A stretch of DNA of 32,942 nt, taken from IMG/VR virus record IMGVR_UViG_3300046012_000651, positions 1-32,942 of that record; one strand, given 5' to 3'. The notes beneath the pieces are model-generated. The model made no database searches. It was not told the origin of the DNA and saw only the letters and a list, made by a program, of their open reading frames with translations. The DNA comes from a virus. Its lineage: Duplodnaviria; Caudoviricetes. This document shows, one piece after another, positions 1-8,311 of this stretch (position 1 is the stretch's first letter; the number at the start of each line of letters is the position of its first letter). The translations under genes and the position numbers were made by a program.

Positions 1-176
1 GTGAGCTTCAGGGCAACCTGATCGGCCGTGAACGCCTGAAAGCCCAGCTTCTCACAATCCTTGGGTGAAAGCCCTGAGGTGCGCGCCTTGACGAGCATTG
101 CCTTGTGGACCTGATCCACGCTGGAATACTGCGACGCGAAATGCGGCGTATTACCGTTGAGCTTGATACCTGCCAC
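1..176 (-). CDS. N-terminus of a protein running off the left edge; possibly primase/helicase (DUF3854-like)
   Basis: Not in the ORF track. GTG at 176 opens MAGIKLNGNTPHFASQYSSVDQVHKAMLVKARTSGLSPKDCEKLGFQAFTADQVALKL, open to the edge. The 'SGL..kd..KLG' segment resembles N-termini of phage DUF3854-type primases (recall, weak). Confidence 0.4.
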   Translation of the reverse strand, partial: MAGIKLNGNTPHFASQYSSVDQVHKAMLVKARTSGLSPKDCEKLGFQAFTADQVALKL

Positions 177-379
177 GGCTCATGCCCGCGTATACATAGA
201 GGTGGGATTTTGCACGCTGGTCGCCCCCTGCCGTCTTTGCGCCCTCTGCCAAGGTGCTGCGAGCGCGGCACGTGAATGAGCGGGAGGACGTACCGCATCA
301 CGATCGCGCCTTGGCAACGCGGCGCCGCGCTCGCAGCCGGCAAAGGGTGGCACAAACTTTTCTAGGCGGAAAGGCGTAT

Positions 380-766
380 TTATTTTGCCTTACGGGCTGC
401 GGGCTTGGGCGCCTTTACCTTATGTCGTTCGATACGCGCAAGCTCAGCGCGCCGCGCAACAGGTCCCAGCATCTCAAGTTCTTCAGTTGACTTCAACGGC
501 GCGTTTTCAATCGCGTCCCGTATAATCTGTAGAGATTTACGACGCGTTTCCTCCTGCTGTTGCGCTAAAGAAAGCCGCTTCGGCGGTTCCGGGGGTAGTG
601 GCAGCGCCAGCCAAGCCTCCAGCGCCGCCGTGGCCGCGTCGGTAACTACAGAGGTGCGGCTTAACCCCTTTACACCCTGCCCGGTGCGCCTGCGCAATTC
701 CAAGACGCGTTCTTCAACCTGCTCCAGTAGGTCGTGTGGCAATTTGATGAGAGTGCCTATCTGCAT
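380..766 (-). CDS. Putative ribbon-helix-helix DNA-binding protein
   Basis: ATG at 766 has a strong SD (AGGAGG) upstream. The N-terminus has a strand-helix-helix pattern (TLIKLPHDLLEQVEE...LSRTSVVTDAATAALEAWL) and the tail is basic. Confidence 0.55.
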   Translation of the reverse strand: MQIGTLIKLPHDLLEQVEERVLELRRRTGQGVKGLSRTSVVTDAATAALEAWLALPLPPEPPKRLSLAQQQEETRRKSLQIIRDAIENAPLKSTEELEMLGPVARRAELARIERHKVKAPKPAARKAK

Positions 767-800
767 TCCGTGATCCTCCTTCGCGTATTTAGATACCACA

Positions 801-1077
801 AATTACACATCCGGGCCGGGGGGCCACGGTGTTAAGTCACTGTAAATGCTGCTTATTACGGTATTTTTCAATTACACATCCGCCCTATTGTATATGGGGT
901 CCAATCACATTAATAGCTATTATATTTCCATCATATAAACACACACTCTTAATTCACACATTAATTCAAAATTGTGTAATTGTGTAATTGTGTAATTTTA
1001 AGGGATAGAAATGCCCGATTTCATTGAGGTTTTTTCCGATTACGGTTTTTGTCTTGGAATTCGGCGAATGTGTAATT
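801..1077. repeat. AT-rich spacer with convergent AATTACACA/TGTGTAATT repeats (candidate origin or operator array)
   Basis: AATTACACATCCG at 801 and 870. Tandem AATTGTGT x3 at 970-993. ATGTGTAATT at 1068. ATTACGGT at 855 and 1039. AT-rich core at about 890-1000. Confidence 0.75.
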
Positions 1078-1196
1078 TTCCACCCCGTTGAGTGCTAAGT
1101 CCTTGGTCTTGCATCGTGATTACGCTTCTCATCGATTCCCCCCTTGCGTGAGCGCAGCGGTTTCGTGTACAAGCTTCGGCCTAGGCGGTTCCGCGT

Positions 1197-1811
1197 ATGG
1201 CGGATGATCCGCTGCCGGAGGCGCCGCAGACCATGACGAGATCGTTTGGATCTGGATCTCGATGGTACGGTCTTCAATTCAATCTCGGGGACCACAAGCT
1301 GGCGCAGGTCTCGCTGCTGAGGGCTGGGATCGAGAGCTTTTGCCCGATGCTTCGGCGAGACGTGAGGGTACGGAAAACGACCCGCGTCATGGAACTCCCG
1401 CTGTTCGCCCCCTACATGTTCGTGCGCTTCGACGTTGATGCGACGGGATGGCGTGTGATCACGAGAACCCGAGGCGTAAAGGGGCTTTTCCCGATGAGGG
1501 ACGAGCGCCCGGAGCCCGCTGCATTCGGTGCGGTGGAAGAGATCATGGAACGGCACGCGGCCGGTGAGTTTGACTTCACGCGTTCCCTGGAATACGACCC
1601 GACCGTGGTCTATGAAGTGGAAGAGGACGTGCGGATCATTAGTGGGCCGTTCACTTCATTCAATGGGATCGTGGCGTCTCACGACGGGGAGCGTCTGAAG
1701 GTGTTCGTCAGCATGTTCGGTCGGCCAACTGAGGTCGAGCTGCTCACTTCCCAGGTGGAAGCGGTTTCGGCGCGGACCGCCCAGGCCCCCCTCCTGCGTG
1801 CGCGGGCCTGA
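1197..1811 (+). CDS. NusG/RfaH-family transcription antiterminator (NGN + KOW)
   Basis: NGN motifs WYGLQ, FCPM, PLFAPYMFVRF, TRGV. KOW motif VRIISGPFTSFNGIV...VSMFGRPTEVEL. First gene of the late operon. Confidence 0.9.
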   Translation: MADDPLPEAPQTMTRSFGSGSRWYGLQFNLGDHKLAQVSLLRAGIESFCPMLRRDVRVRKTTRVMELPLFAPYMFVRFDVDATGWRVITRTRGVKGLFPMRDERPEPAAFGAVEEIMERHAAGEFDFTRSLEYDPTVVYEVEEDVRIISGPFTSFNGIVASHDGERLKVFVSMFGRPTEVELLTSQVEAVSARTAQAPLLRARA

Positions 1812-1816
1812 GTTCC

Positions 1817-2323
1817 ATGGCTCCGAAGCGAGATCGCAGCACGAAGATCCCGGATACTCCGCCGGTTCGCTACAGCGCGGACATCATCCAGAAGTTCATC
1901 ACGGTGCTCAGCGAAGGATGGTCGGTGACCCGAGCGGCGCGTTCAATCAACGCAGATCGCAAGACGATGTACCGCTGGCGCGAGGAATACCCCGAGTTCG
2001 CCGTGGCGTGGGACCAAGCTCTGGAGGAGGGCGCCGATCGTCTGGAAGACGCCGCCACGGAGCGCGGTGCCGACGGGATCGAGGAGCCCATCTTCAACAA
2101 GGAGGGCGACGTCGTCGGGCATCGTGTGAAGTACAGCGACCAGCTGCTGATCAATCAGCTCGAGGCGCGGCGCCCTGACAAGTACCGTCGCAATCTGAAG
2201 ATCGAGGGCGGGGCCGGTGGCGGCAACGTCACCAACATCCTGATCGTCGCGAACTCCACCGACTCGCTGGAAGCTTCACGCACGTATAAGGCGCTGATCC
2301 AGAGCAATGGCTCGAAAGAATAA
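1817..2323 (+). CDS. terS: Terminase small subunit
   Basis: HTH (VTRAARSINADRKTMYRWREEYPEFAVAW), KYSDQLL motif, directly upstream of and overlapping TerL. Confidence 0.85.
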   Translation: MAPKRDRSTKIPDTPPVRYSADIIQKFITVLSEGWSVTRAARSINADRKTMYRWREEYPEFAVAWDQALEEGADRLEDAATERGADGIEEPIFNKEGDVVGHRVKYSDQLLINQLEARRPDKYRRNLKIEGGAGGGNVTNILIVANSTDSLEASRTYKALIQSNGSKE

Positions 2324-4016
2324 GGTCCAGGAGTTCGAGGCACTCAAGCTCCCATCTGTTGATTGGAGCGACGGCGCCGCAACGAACCGCGATCTGCTGA
2401 CCATCTTCAAGAACCGCGCCTTGGCTCTCGGTCGTATTCGTGCGAGCAAGGACGCAGCTGCGGAGCTCGTGGCGTTCTATCGCGATCACCCCATCCACTT
2501 CATCGTGGATTGGGGCATGACCTACGATCCGCGCAATCCGCCGAAGGGTTTGCCGGCCCATCTCCCCTTCATTCCATTTCCACGACAGGTTGAGTGGATG
2601 GAGTGGGCGATCGCGCTATACAAGGAAGCCGAGTCCGGCCTCACGGACAAGTCCCGCGACTGCGGTGCGACGTGGATGGCGATTTCGCTCAGCTGTACGC
2701 TGTGCCTGTTCAACGAAGGCATGTCCATCGGCTTCGGCTCGCGCAACGAGAGCTACGTTGATCAGGCCGGCAACCCGAAGTCCATCTTCGAAAAGGGTCG
2801 CATCTTCCTGGAAAACGTGCCGTCGGAGTTCCGCATGGGATGGACGCGCGCCGATCATGCGCCCCACATGCGGCTGAAGTTCCCGGCGACCGAGAGCATC
2901 ATCTCCGGCGAAGGCGGCGACAACATCGGTCGTGGAGATCGTAAGGCGATCTACTTCGTTGACGAGGAAGCGCACTTGGAGCGCCCCGAGCTCGTGGAAG
3001 CGGCGCTCAGTGCGACGACCGACTGCCGTATTTCAATGAGCTCCGTGAACGGGATGGGAAATCCCTTCGCGATGAAGCGACACAGCGGCAACATCAAGGT
3101 CTTCACGTTTCATTGGCGCGATGATCCGCGCAAGAACGACGCGTGGGCTGAGAAGAAGCAGCGAGAACTCAACAACCCGGTGGTCTGGGCCCAGGAGTAC
3201 GAGATCGACTACACCGCCTCGGTGGAGGGGATCATCATTCCCGCAGCCTGGGTGGAAGCCGCGCTGAACGCGCACCGTCGTCTCGGGATTGACGTCTCCG
3301 GGGCGCAGCACGGCGCGCTGGATGTTGCGGACGAAGGCAAGGACGCGAACGCTTTCGTGGTCGGTCACGGCATTCTCATCGAACACCTGGAGTTCTGGCA
3401 TGGGAAAGGTTCTGACATTTACGAGACTACCGAGCGTACCTTTGGTCTCTGTGATCGCTTTGATGTACGGCGTTTCCGTTATGATGCCGATGGTCTGGGC
3501 GCTGGAGTGCGCGGAGATGCTCGCAAGATCAACGAAGCGAGACCTCATGCGCGACGGATCGAGGTGGATCCGTATCGCGGCTCTGGGTCGGTAATCAATC
3601 CTGAGAAGTGCGACATCGAGGGACGCAAGAACAAGGACTACTTCCAGAACCGCAAGGCTCAGGCGTGGTGGTCCACGAAGGAGCGCTTCCGCAAGACGTA
3701 CCTCGCCGTCACCGAGGAAGCGGAGTTTGACCCCGACGAGCTCATCTCAATATCCAAGGACACGCCGCACCTGGATCAACTGAAGGTGGAGCTCAGCCGG
3801 CCGACGTTCATCACCTCGGGCATCGGCAAGGTCGCGGTGGATAAGACTCCGGACGGCGTGCCCAGCCCGAACCTCGCGGACGCCGTGGTCATGCTATTCG
3901 CCGGCTTCGAGAAACAGCAGATCAAGGTCTCGGGCGAGGCGCTGAACAGGGCGCGATCCACCGGGATGGCGAAGCTCAACGGCGGCAGGCTGAACTTCTA
4001 CAGACCGAGGTTGTAA
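2307..4016 (+). CDS. terL: Terminase large subunit
   Basis: PFPRQ adenine-binding motif, Walker A-like KSRDCGATW, Walker B YFVDEEA, nuclease ALDVADEGKD, C-terminal SPNLADA. Confidence 0.95.
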   Translation: MARKNKVQEFEALKLPSVDWSDGAATNRDLLTIFKNRALALGRIRASKDAAAELVAFYRDHPIHFIVDWGMTYDPRNPPKGLPAHLPFIPFPRQVEWMEWAIALYKEAESGLTDKSRDCGATWMAISLSCTLCLFNEGMSIGFGSRNESYVDQAGNPKSIFEKGRIFLENVPSEFRMGWTRADHAPHMRLKFPATESIISGEGGDNIGRGDRKAIYFVDEEAHLERPELVEAALSATTDCRISMSSVNGMGNPFAMKRHSGNIKVFTFHWRDDPRKNDAWAEKKQRELNNPVVWAQEYEIDYTASVEGIIIPAAWVEAALNAHRRLGIDVSGAQHGALDVADEGKDANAFVVGHGILIEHLEFWHGKGSDIYETTERTFGLCDRFDVRRFRYDADGLGAGVRGDARKINEARPHARRIEVDPYRGSGSVINPEKCDIEGRKNKDYFQNRKAQAWWSTKERFRKTYLAVTEEAEFDPDELISISKDTPHLDQLKVELSRPTFITSGIGKVAVDKTPDGVPSPNLADAVVMLFAGFEKQQIKVSGEALNRARSTGMAKLNGGRLNFYRPRL

Positions 4017-4363
4017 TGGGACGGCGGCGTCAGTCTGGAGAGTTCGTGCTTCAGGCCCTCCTCCAGCGTCGTCAGGACTACGAGCATGGGAAGCTGGACT
4101 TCAAGCGCGGCGCTCCGTACCCAAACTTCTTCAGTCTGGACTACGAACGAGGTCGTCTCCACATGGCGGAGCGCGTCATGAAGCGCTGGGCACCACGCCC
4201 CACCAGAACACTGCGATCTTTGGGAGTTCCGGATGAACCCAGTCACAGACGGCAAGCCGCGTCATCTTCTGCGCCCCGTTCCGGGTCTCTATCCGCTGAA
4301 CACGCCGGTCGGCGAAGTGCTCGTTCGTCTCGACTGGTACGCGGCATCGGCGAAGCGCAATAA
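4016..4363 (+). CDS. Hypothetical protein
   Basis: Start overlaps the terL stop (TAATG). The 3' part overlaps the next ORF by about 130 nt. Confidence 0.5.
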   Translation: MGRRRQSGEFVLQALLQRRQDYEHGKLDFKRGAPYPNFFSLDYERGRLHMAERVMKRWAPRPTRTLRSLGVPDEPSHRRQAASSSAPRSGSLSAEHAGRRSARSSRLVRGIGEAQ

Positions 4364-4433
4364 GCTCAACGATACGATCGGTGAGATCGTGGCAGAGTTC
4401 GTGAACCTGCCGATCTGCGGAGGGATACAGTGA
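4233..4433 (+). CDS. Small hypothetical protein
   Basis: GGAG upstream. Its stop is coupled (GTGA) to the next ORF. Confidence 0.5.
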   Translation: MNPVTDGKPRHLLRPVPGLYPLNTPVGEVLVRLDWYAASAKRNKLNDTIGEIVAEFVNLPICGGIQ

Positions 4434-4609
4434 CCGACCTCCTTCTTCACGCCTGCACGGCGCGGGGCACCGCTCTCCGTTTGAAGCTCTCGGGTTGCGA
4501 CGAAACGGCTCGGGTCCTCGAGGAATACGCGGAGAAATGCGAGAAGGACGTGCGCGACGAAGCCCAGCGCGCGCTCCTCAGCAACTTCAGTGGGAATATC
4601 CGACTGTGA
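4430..4609 (+). CDS. Small hypothetical protein (59 aa, not in ORF track)
   Basis: GGAGGG SD, GTG start, MTDLLLHACTARGTALRLKLSGCDETARVLEEYAEKCEKDVRDEAQRALLSNFSGNIRL. GTGA overlaps at both ends. Confidence 0.6.
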   Translation: MTDLLLHACTARGTALRLKLSGCDETARVLEEYAEKCEKDVRDEAQRALLSNFSGNIRL

Positions 4610-6237
4610 CGAACAAGTCGCGTAAGACGTCGGTGCGGGGTGACACAGGCCATCTCCGCCCTGCATCGACGCAGCAACCTAAATCCAAGGGTCTCAAGGC
4701 TCAGGACCTCGCAATGGCGCGCGGCACGGCGCAGCTTCTTGCGAAGGCGCACAGTCGTCCGCGACTGGACGTCACGGCGAAGAAGCTCGGCGCTGACGTC
4801 TACGATCCTTCGCGTCATCACCCGCCCCAGGCGATCCGCGACAAGAAGCTTGCGATGGACGACAACGCTTCGCTCGCGGGCGCAGCGGCTTGGGCCAACG
4901 CTCAGCTCATGGGGAACTTCGCCGAGGGGACTGCGTTCCTCGGATACGCCTACCTCGCGGAATTGGCGCAGCGCCCGGAATACCGGATGATCTGCGAGAC
5001 GCCGGCCACCGAGATGACACGTGAGTGGATTGAGCTCACGACCAAGGACGGGACCAGCGAAGACAAGACCGACAAGATCAACGAGCTGAAGGACGAGCTT
5101 GATCGACTCAAGGTTCGCGACGTCTTCTGCCGCGCCATTCAGCAGGACGGCTACTTCGGTCGCGGTCACATATACATAGACACCGGCGACACGGATGACG
5201 CCGTGGAGCTCCGCTCCTCGATCGGTAACGGCTGGGACAACACCTCCGCGAACAAGCTCAAGCAAAAGAAGATCATCGCACTGCGCACCGTGGAAGCGGT
5301 GTGGTGCTATCCCACGTCGTACAACTCCAACAATCCGCTGAAGGAAGACTGGTACAAGCCGTCGCAGTGGTTCGCGCAGGGCACGCAGGTTCACAAGACG
5401 CGGCTCCTGACGCTGGTCGCACGCGAAGTGCCGGATCTTCTGAAGCCGACCTATTCCTTCGGCGGTCTTTCGCTGAGCCAGCTGGCGAAGCCCTACGTCG
5501 ACAACTGGCTCCAGACGCGGCAGTCGGTGAACGACATCATCAACGCTTTCAGCGTGATGGTCCTGCTGACCAACATGCAGGAGTCCGTTCAAGGTGACGG
5601 ACAGGCGCTGTTCGATCGTGCCGAGCTCTTCAATTTGTTCCGCAGCAACGCCGGCATCATGATGCTGGACAAGGACACGGAGCAGTTCCAGAACGTCTCG
5701 GCCCCGATCTCCGGGCTCGAGGGGCTGCAAGCTCAGGCCCAGGAACATATGTGCGCCGTCGCGCACACGCCGTCAGTCAAGCTCCTGGGAATTCAGCCCG
5801 AGGGCATGAACGCCGACAGCGAAGGGATCATGCGGTCGTACTACGACTACATTCATGCGTGCCAGGAACACCAGATCCGACCGCATCTGCACCAGCTGAT
5901 CGGCGTGATCGAGACCTGCCTCTGGGGTAAGCCGGACCCGGACATTGTGTTCAACTTCAAGCGCCTTTTCCAGATGACGGAGAAGGAGCGCAGCGAGCTC
6001 CGCAAGTCGGACGCCGACCGCGACACCGGATACATCGAATCTGGCGTGCTGGACCCGGCGGAAGTGCGCAAGCGCCTCGCGTCAGACCCCGAGTCTGGCT
6101 ACAACGACATCGACCCCGACGTTCTGCCCGAGAAGCCCGAGGAGGAAGTTCCGCCGGGCGGCGGTCCTGGGGAGGGTGAGGAAGAAGCACCGACTGAAGA
6201 GAAACCCGAAGAACCGGAGGCGAAAGCCGCAGCATGA
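4606..6237 (+). CDS. Portal protein (DUF1073 type)
   Basis: FLGYAYLAELAQRPEYR, EMTREWI, VHKTRLL, KLLGIQPEGMNA motifs. Follows the terminase. Likely start is the coupled GTG at 4606. Acidic tail. Confidence 0.9.
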   Translation: MTNKSRKTSVRGDTGHLRPASTQQPKSKGLKAQDLAMARGTAQLLAKAHSRPRLDVTAKKLGADVYDPSRHHPPQAIRDKKLAMDDNASLAGAAAWANAQLMGNFAEGTAFLGYAYLAELAQRPEYRMICETPATEMTREWIELTTKDGTSEDKTDKINELKDELDRLKVRDVFCRAIQQDGYFGRGHIYIDTGDTDDAVELRSSIGNGWDNTSANKLKQKKIIALRTVEAVWCYPTSYNSNNPLKEDWYKPSQWFAQGTQVHKTRLLTLVAREVPDLLKPTYSFGGLSLSQLAKPYVDNWLQTRQSVNDIINAFSVMVLLTNMQESVQGDGQALFDRAELFNLFRSNAGIMMLDKDTEQFQNVSAPISGLEGLQAQAQEHMCAVAHTPSVKLLGIQPEGMNADSEGIMRSYYDYIHACQEHQIRPHLHQLIGVIETCLWGKPDPDIVFNFKRLFQMTEKERSELRKSDADRDTGYIESGVLDPAEVRKRLASDPESGYNDIDPDVLPEKPEEEVPPGGGPGEGEEEAPTEEKPEEPEAKAAA

Positions 6238-6539
6238 CAGCCCAAGCTCCTCAGATCGCCGATGCTGCGAACGCAGCGGCAACGACCGAGAACATAACGT
6301 CTTCGACTCTCGTCAAGTCCGGTCCTGGTCGTGTATTCACCGTTACGACCGTTGTGTCTGGTTCCACAGCGACCACGGCCAACGACGCCGCGACGACGGG
6401 CGCCGCTGCCGCGAGCAACCAGATTGGCACTGTTGCCGCGAACTCCACTGTTCCGGTTCTCTTCGGAGGCGTGCCGTTCTCCAACGGTCTGGTAATCGTC
6501 CCCGGGACCGGAGCCACCGTCGCCGTGAGCTTTGCCTGA
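6234..6539 (+). CDS. Small beta-rich putative virion protein
   Basis: ATGA coupling to the portal gene. Ala/Thr/Val-rich, ends FSNGLVIVPGTGATVAVSFA. Confidence 0.65.
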   Translation: MTAQAPQIADAANAAATTENITSSTLVKSGPGRVFTVTTVVSGSTATTANDAATTGAAAASNQIGTVAANSTVPVLFGGVPFSNGLVIVPGTGATVAVSFA

Positions 6540-6706
6540 TGACGCGCGCGATGTTCACGCCTTCACCGAAGCAGCGTCCGTTCGATCGCGCCACGAACCT
6601 GCTCAGTGCTTCGCGCAAAGAGCTCCGCACCGGGGCACAGCACGAAGAGAACATGAAGCGCGCCGCCGCGAAGCGCCAGCGCAAGCTCGAGAAGCGCCGG
6701 CCGTGA
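6539..6706 (+). CDS. Small basic hypothetical protein (55 aa)
   Basis: TGATG coupling upstream and GTGA coupling downstream. MTRAMFTPSPKQRPF...KRAAAKRQRKLEKRRP. Confidence 0.6.
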   Translation: MTRAMFTPSPKQRPFDRATNLLSASRKELRTGAQHEENMKRAAAKRQRKLEKRRP

Positions 6707-7056
6707 GCTGGGCGATGGGGAACTCTCGCAGATCGCGAGAGTCCGTAATCCGCCAGACGATGCACGCCGGCGAAACCTACGCCGCGCGGCGCAATCCGGT
6801 GGATCTTCCGAAGCCGGACCGTAAGATCGAGCTCGGCGTGGTGCGCTCCTGTCTGTGGATGGAGAACGAGCCGAGCTTTGATGATTGCTGTGGCGCCCCG
6901 ACGCTGCCCGGTAAGCCGTATTGCGAAGGACACCACGCGAGAGCCTGGGTCAAGCCACGCCCCCGGAACACGGAGAGCGTGGCCGACACGACTCAGATAG
7001 AAGCGGTACTGCGCAACTCTGCGCGCCTGGGGCCGAGGAAGTCCGTTGCCTTTTGA
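6703..7056 (+). CDS. GcrA-like protein (C-terminal Cys/His domain only)
   Basis: CLWMENEPSFDDCCGAPTLPGKPYCEGHHARAW matches the GcrA C-terminal pattern CxWP...FCG...PYCxxHxxxAY. Coupled GTG start. Confidence 0.75.
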   Translation: MSWAMGNSRRSRESVIRQTMHAGETYAARRNPVDLPKPDRKIELGVVRSCLWMENEPSFDDCCGAPTLPGKPYCEGHHARAWVKPRPRNTESVADTTQIEAVLRNSARLGPRKSVAF

Positions 7057-7867
7057 TCGTTCCAGAGAGAAGCCCCTTGTCCTTCGCCCGGTGCGCCCGA
7101 ACCTCGGGTTCCAGCTGCGCTACAGGAAGAACCTGGAGAGCTTGATCGATCAGATGCATCGGTCCATCACGTACTGGATTTCAGCGGCGTACCGCGCCAA
7201 CGAGCCGAAGATCATCGCCCTGGCTCAGGACGTCAGCCCCGCCGTGGCGCTACGCACCGCGATGACCCGGCTGACGCGGTACTGGACGAAGCAGTTTGAC
7301 GAGTCGGCCCAGAACCTGGGCGACTACTTCGCGAAGGACGTTGACAAGCGGAGCAGCTTCGCACTGAAGAAGATCCTGAAGCGCGGCGGCTTCACGGTGG
7401 AGTTTCGCAAGACGCCGGCTGTGAACGACATGCTTCAGGCCACGGTCGCGGAGAACGTCTCCCTGATCAAGTCCATCGCCGCCAAGCACCTCACCGACGT
7501 GGAGGGCTTGGTCATGCGGTCCGTGATCCAGGGCCGCGACCTGAAGACACTGACCGATCAGCTGGAGAAGCGATACAAGCTCACGCGTGATCGCGCCGCG
7601 TTGATCGCCCGCGATCAGAATAACAAGGCGACGAGCATGATCCAGCGCACGCGACAGCTGGAGCTCGGCATCACGCAAGCGCGCTGGATACACAGCGCCG
7701 GGGGCAAGGCACCGCGCCCTTCGCACGTGAAAGCCGGCAAGGAGCGCGTGATCTACGACGTTCGTGAGGGCTGGTTAGACCCAGCGATCGGGGAGCTCAT
7801 CTTCCCAGGTTCTTTAGTAAATTGCCGGTGCGTTGCTGCCCCGGTCATCCCAGGATTAGGAGGATAA
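7046..7867 (+). CDS. Head morphogenesis protein (Mu gpF / SPP1 gp7 family)
   Basis: ENVSLIKSI, RAALIARDQNNK, ARWIHS, RPSH, PGSLVNCRC motifs. Confidence 0.92.
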   Translation: MPFDRSREKPLVLRPVRPNLGFQLRYRKNLESLIDQMHRSITYWISAAYRANEPKIIALAQDVSPAVALRTAMTRLTRYWTKQFDESAQNLGDYFAKDVDKRSSFALKKILKRGGFTVEFRKTPAVNDMLQATVAENVSLIKSIAAKHLTDVEGLVMRSVIQGRDLKTLTDQLEKRYKLTRDRAALIARDQNNKATSMIQRTRQLELGITQARWIHSAGGKAPRPSHVKAGKERVIYDVREGWLDPAIGELIFPGSLVNCRCVAAPVIPGLGG

Positions 7868-7868
7868 G

Positions 7869-8306
7869 ATGGCAGACGACGTGAAGACCGAAGCGGAGCT
7901 GAAGGCTGTGGCCGACCAGAACGGCACCGAGGAGCAGGCCGACGGCGCCGCGCTCGAAGCGCTGCACGCCAAGCTCGCTGCGATCGAAGAGCGTCTCGCA
8001 AAGCTCGAGGCCGCGCCGGACGTCTCCGGCGAGCTGACCAAGGCGCACGACGCCTTCCAGGAGCTGAGCACCCACCTCGCCGAAATGAGCGTGCAGTTCG
8101 AAACCGTGAAGACTGACGTCGCCGCGCTGAATAGCAGCGACCATGGTGCCCCGGTCCAGGAGCTCGCGGCCCGCGTCACCAAGCTCGAGGAAGCTGCGCC
8201 GCCGGACGCCGACACGTTGACCGAGGCGCTGACCCTGCTCCACGACTTCCCGCAGTTCAAGCGTCGCGTCGAGTCGATGCTGATGAAGCTGCGGAACATG
8301 GTCTAG
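7869..8306 (+). CDS. Acidic coiled-coil hypothetical protein
   Basis: AGGAGG SD, phage-typical codon usage, heptad-like Leu/Ala/Glu pattern. Confidence 0.7.
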   Translation: MADDVKTEAELKAVADQNGTEEQADGAALEALHAKLAAIEERLAKLEAAPDVSGELTKAHDAFQELSTHLAEMSVQFETVKTDVAALNSSDHGAPVQELAARVTKLEEAAPPDADTLTEALTLLHDFPQFKRRVESMLMKLRNMV

Positions 8307-8311
8307 GTGTC

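Noticed and set aside
8-355. 115-aa minus-strand ORF from the track
   Set aside because: Arg/Pro/Ser-rich and not protein-like. A different frame starting at 176 looks like the real gene.
970-997. Tandem repeat considered as a CRISPR array
   Set aside because: The unit is 8 bp with no spacers, and there are no cas genes.
4495-4605. Upstream extension of the portal ORF, and similar extensions at 6532, 13970, 22170, 28963, 29984, 31165 and 31692
   Set aside because: They overlap upstream genes. Downstream starts with stop/start coupling or an SD fit better.
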